64,000 nucleotides of DNA from the human T2T-CHM13v2.0 reference genome, Homo sapiens. Under the pieces are notes generated by a model. The model was not told where the DNA came from. It searched no databases and saw only the letters and a program-made list of their open reading frames with translations. The first letter of the stretch is position 1. Each line of letters begins with the position of its first letter. The position numbers were made by a program, and so were the translations under genes. This document shows positions 56,860-64,000 of this stretch, piece after piece. The stretch lies in NCBI RefSeq assembly GCF_009914755.1, contig NC_060926.1; one strand, written 5' to 3'.

Positions 56860-57340
56860 CTCCTTGACATGAGCATATCCTGCAACCCAACAACTCCATT
56901 CCTCCAACAGAAATGTGTGCATGTATTAACCAAAAGGCATGTACATAGTTGTATTATTTGCAATAATCCCAAACTATCACATGAAATAACATTTCATAAA
57001 TGTTATATAACATCTCAAATGAACTATTACATACAACATGGATGTAATAGATGTTGTATGTAATACATCTATATACTTTCATAATGTTGAAAGAAGCTAG
57101 ACATGCAAAAAATACATAATTCCACCTTTATTAAGTTTAAAAATAGGCGAAACCAACCTATGGTGGTAGAAGTCAGGAAAGAGGTTGTCCTGGAGCAGAA
57201 GGATAGTGTGGTAATGTTCTATTTCTTACCTGTATGTTGGTTAAACAGGTGTGTGTTGTTTGTGAAAATTCATTATACTGTATAGTTTCTATTGGTGCAC
57301 TTTTATGCATATACATTATATTTGAATATAAAAGTTTGCA
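56860..57340 (+). mobile_element. Old L1 (L1M) 3' fragment
   Basis: ACCCAACAACTCCATTCCT...AGAAATGTGTGCATGTA...GTTTGTGAAAATTCAT. Confidence 0.65.
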
Positions 57341-57764
57341 TTTTAAAAAGTGTCATGTGTGGAATCCCTGCAAAACAGAGACATCATAGAGCCAAATAAT
57401 GTTAGGTTTCCTATGCCTACAGTGGGCTCCACAGGAGGTACAAGACTTTTGTCTCTGCATTCCAGTAACCAGGATTCCAGCCCATGAGATAACTGCACTC
57501 CCTGAGTGAGGCCAATCCAGAGAAGCAGTAGCAAGAACTCAGAACCAGCGCTGCCACCTCCTGTTAGGCCAGGACAGTGAGACAGAATGAGCCCTTCTAG
57601 AAAACATCTGGCTCTTTCCCAGCCTTCAACCAGCGGCTGTGCAGCCCTGCAGACTCTCTGTTTTGAGTCTCAGGTCCCTCCTCTGGGAATTGAGGAGGAT
57701 GCCTGAGAAGAGAGCCCCAAAGCCTAGTGCTTTAGTTTCCCCGCTTTAAGAATCACCTAAGGGG

Positions 57765-58060
<296 letters not shown>

Positions 58061-58631
58061 TTAGATTATATCTTTGTTCTTAAGGTGGTTACTGGTATAT
58101 TAGCATTCATTCTTATCTTCATATACTATTATAAGCTTCTTAAATTTACCAATATATTTCCACGAGTGCTTCAACATGCTGCTTTTTATCTTTTGCTCCC
58201 TTACCCCATCCTCATATTGATATTTAGAATTTTAGCTGTAGATGGCTACAGACTATATTTTCTTTGAGGCTTTTAAGGTAACAACAAACTTTATAGATAC
58301 TTAACCACCCTCACTTTCTATATCTCTGTCTACTTCATCTGGACTTGTGTCTGAGTACTTCTAAATGTTTCTTTCAATATAAATGTTTTGTTTTGAGGAT
58401 TTTGTTTTTTAACATTATAAAAAATTTCAAACACAGAGAAAAAAATGGCAAGACTTGTACAGTGAACATCCATATCCTATCACTGAGGCTCAAGGTTAAC
58501 TGAGATTCTTGAACCTACAAATTTTGTCTTTCACCAAATATAAAAATACTTCAGCTATTATTCATTTAAATATTTTCCTTGGGGGGCCTCTTTCCTCTTG
58601 TCCTTGGACTTTAAAAATTATTTGTACATTA

Positions 58632-59036
<405 letters not shown>

Positions 59037-59959
59037 TCAATAACTCTTTTGTAACTTCCAATCTGCTATTAAGCCCATCCACTGAATTTTCTATTTCAAG
59101 TATTTAATTTTCCAGTGACAGAATTTCCATTTGGCTTTTTCTAGTTTGGACTTCTCTTCTGTACTTCTTACCACTTTCTTCATTATGAGCACTTTCCTTT
59201 ACATCCTATAGCGTAATATTAAGAGCTGCTTTAAATTCCTTGCTTGCTAATTCCAATGTCTGCATCATCTCTGGGTCAGTCTCAATTGATTGCCTTTTCT
59301 CTTGAGCATGGGTAATATTTGCCTCTTTACTGAATAATTTGGGATCATATTCTGGACATATCATATGTTCCAAAAATGTTGGATTCTATAATGTTGCTGA
59401 AAAATACTGATTATTCATGCTAATAGGCAGGTAAGTTTACTAGACTCAAACTGCATATTGCTTGCCTGCAGTTGAAGGCAGCTGAAATTTCAGTTCAATT
59501 CTTTTAGCCTTAGCTGGACTGCTGGAAGTCTAACACACACATGTGTAGTTTAGGAGCTACAGGAAGGTTTGGACACAGTGTGCAGAATATCTGAGGCTCA
59601 CTCTCTTCTTCCTGTGAGTATCCCCTCACTTTCCAGCTGCAATGGTCAACCCAACCTCTGCTATTTTGTTCTGCAAGCTGGACAGAATGGTTACAGCAGC
59701 ACATTTCTGAGTTTTAGCTGCTCTGCATGGTACAGACTATGGTTTGCCCTCAGACTACAAGCCATACAAACAAAATTCACTGTTTTACTCTATCTAAGTG
59801 TCACCCACCTTCCCATTATCTGTCTGATTCTGTGGCTCTCCAGCAGCTTATGGGAAGTTTTCTATTTTTTTATTTATAGTTATTACATGTGCGTGGAATG
59901 GTCTGGTAGGAGCTACTTGGCTATTACCAGATGTGGGCCCCTTCTCACTCAACTGAGTC

Positions 59960-61455
59960 TCAACATTTGTATACATCCTTGTAATGTCCATCCAAAACAA
60001 GATATAGAACATTTCCCCCCGACAGAAAAAGTCTCTGTACTCCTTTCTGGTTACAGTCTCTCTCAATCATGATCTGACTTCTATAACCGCAGACTAGTTT
60101 TGTTCAAATTTGGATTTCCTATCAGTGGAATCATACCGTGTAGTCTTTTGGGTCCAGCTTCTGCCATTCAGCATGCTATTGAGATTCATCCAGGTCATTG
60201 CATGTCAGTGGTTCTTTTCATTACCAAATAGTGTTCCACTATATGAAAATACTGCAATGTGTATATCCATTTTCCTATTAAGGGACATTCAGTCTATTTT
60301 CAGTTTTGGGCTATTATGAATAAAGCTGCTATGAATGTACTTGTAGAAGTCACTACTTTTGTGGACGTAAGTTATCATTTCTCTTTTGTATATACGTAGG
60401 AGAGGAATTGCTCAAACAGTTCTTCAAAGTGGTTTACTATAATAGACTACCACCAGCAATGTCTAAGAGTTCCAGGTGTTCCTTATCCTTGCTAACACTC
60501 GGTATTGTTGTTAATTTTAGCCATTCTAGTGAGTGTAAAGTGGTATTTTATTGGTTTAATATTGCATTTTACTCATGACCAGTGATACTGAAAACTCTTT
60601 CATGTGCACATTGGCTACTTGGATATCTTCTTGTGGAATGTCTCTATTTAAGCCTGCAAATATTTATTACATTTAAATCATGATTTGTAGTAATTCTTTT
60701 ATGTATTCTGGTTATATGTGTGTCCTCGGTCAAATACATATTACAAACATTTTATCTGAGTCTGTGGTGTGTCTATTCTTTTTTCACTTTTATTTTTAGA
60801 GACGCTCTTGCACAGGCTGGAGTGCAGTGGTGACTCATGGTGCCCTGCAGCCTTGAATTCCTGGGCTCAAGAGATACTCCCACCTCAGCCTCCCAAATTG
60901 CTTAGATTACAGGCATGAGCCACCGCACTCGGCCAGCTTTTATTATTTTTAACTGGCATATAATTGTATGTATTTATGGGGCAGAGTACAATATTTCAAA
61001 GCGTGTATACAATGTGTAATGATCAAATCAGGATAATTGGCATATCCAGCACCTCAAAACATTTCTCATTTCTTTATCCTGGGAACATTCAAAATCTGGT
61101 TTTCTAGGAATTTGAAAATCTATAATAAATTGTTAATTATAGTCAGCCTATAGTGTTATAGAACACTAGAAGTTATTCATCCCACCTACACTCCCTACTT
61201 CTATAAGATCAGCTTTTTTAGCTCCTACCTGTGGGTGAGAACACGCAGTATTTTTCTGTCCAGACTTACTTCACTTAACATGTCCTCCAAGTTCATCCAT
61301 GTTGCTGCAAATGACAGAATTTTTTTTTAACTAGGTAGTATTTCATTGTGTATATATATATCCCATTTTCTTTATCCATTCATCTGCTGATGCACACTTA
61401 GGTTGATCCTCTATCTTGGCTGCTGTGAATGGTGCTGTAATAAACATGGGAGTGC
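59960..61455 (-). mobile_element. Antisense L1M 3' fragments with an Alu monomer at ~60779-60934
   Basis: TTCATCCATGTTGCTGCAAATGACAGAATT; GGCTATTATGAATAAAGCTGCTATGAA. Confidence 0.8.
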
Positions 61456-61699
61456 ACCAACGAGTCTTTGTGTGTCAGATCTTCTGAAGCTGTGTATGCC
61501 TGAGAACATTCTTATAATGTCCTAACACTTAAATTCCATGTTCTGTCCTCCACTATGTTAAAAACATTAATGACTTCTTGAAGCGAAGATTCATGTTGTG
61601 ATGTCTCACATTAGTCTGATTCTGGCTCAAACGCTGCGGTGGATGTGGATTTTCTCTATGGAAGCCTTTAAGATTTTCTGTCTTTTGTTGGCTTAGGTA

Positions 61700-63045
<1,346 letters not shown>

Positions 63046-64000
63046 AAGAAAGATTTTCTGTCTTTAATTATAATGTGTCTAGATGTGGGTTTTCCTTATT
63101 GCTCCCAGTTGAGACTCCATGTGAATGCTTTCAAACTGAGGCCTTTCAATTTTCTCTTAATTCTTAGAAATTTATCCTCCATTATGTAAAAAATTACTTC
63201 CTTGTTTTTTATTTCATTTTCCTTTCATGGCTTTTAAAAATTGAAAAAGAAAATTGAGAGACAGGGTCTTGTTGCCCAGGCTGGACTGCAGTCGCTATCC
63301 ACAGGCCTGATCATCGCACACTACAGGCTTCAACGCCTGGCCTTAAGCAATCTTCCCGAGTAGCCAGCTTTCCCTTCATGACTCTTAATTGTGTTCTACT
63401 GCTTCTACTTCTGTCCTCTATACTTCTTGGCTCTTTTGATGCCTTCTGAGAGAATTCCTAATTCTAATCTTCCAGTTAATTAATTCTTTAGCCATATCCC
63501 TTCTACTTTTTATCCCATAATTACCTTGTTTTAGCTATTATATTTTCTATAACTAGTATTTCTGGGTTTTTAAATAACAGTTTCCTGTTGTTTCATATCA
63601 GTATCTGACCAACCATAACTCCTTACATATATTAGTCACATATTAACTTATCTCTTCCAATAATTCTGCTTCAGAAAGTATATGTTGTCCACTGTTGCCT
63701 TTTGTGAGGTGGCTGTCTCCTCAAATGTTTAGTTTTTGGGGGGTGGTGTTGAAGTAGGCCAAGTGGGAAACTAAAACTTCAATCCCAATGAGTGGTAATA
63801 AAGCTCCCAACCCCCACTCTTCTTGTGCCATTAGAGACCATGTGGTTAGCCTGGAAATCTACCCACCTGGCAATAAGACACAACCCTGTCCCAGCTTAGG
63901 TGGCATCAGCAAAGACCTAGTGAAGAGTCAGGGCATTTACCTCTGCCTAGAAACAAGAACATGTGAGAAAGACCAACAAGGTACTCCTGCCCTTCCAGCT

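Overview
Primate (human-like) genomic DNA containing the complete ARID5A gene on the + strand. It has a CpG-island promoter at ~13.2-13.45 kb and seven coding exons (13446-13449, 24021-24136, 25940-26078, 26372-26424, 26807-26904, 27193-27352, 27718-28932). These splice through GT-AG introns into a 1785-nt ORF (594 aa + stop) with an ARID domain; AATAAA is at 29228. Upstream is a second, orphan CpG island (~3.3-4.55 kb) with STAT/IRF-type motifs. Intron 1 holds a decayed Tigger1 transposon interrupted by two Alus. Downstream of ~32 kb the window is mostly interspersed repeats: Alus, MIRs, MaLR LTRs, a MER41-family solo LTR, ERV1/ERVL internal remnants, MER2-group MITEs and L1. Nearly all other ORFs in the track are repeat-derived or GC-rich noise. 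I see no convincing novel multi-gene system. The best leads are regulatory and splicing features: an m67-type STAT site, a stop-free in-frame intron and an in-frame alternative acceptor inside the ARID domain, convergent CTCF motifs, an AP-1/ATF4 cluster, and a speculative decayed antisense gene at ~31.3-31.8 kb. Repeat family names come from recalled consensus similarity, and repeat boundaries are approximate.
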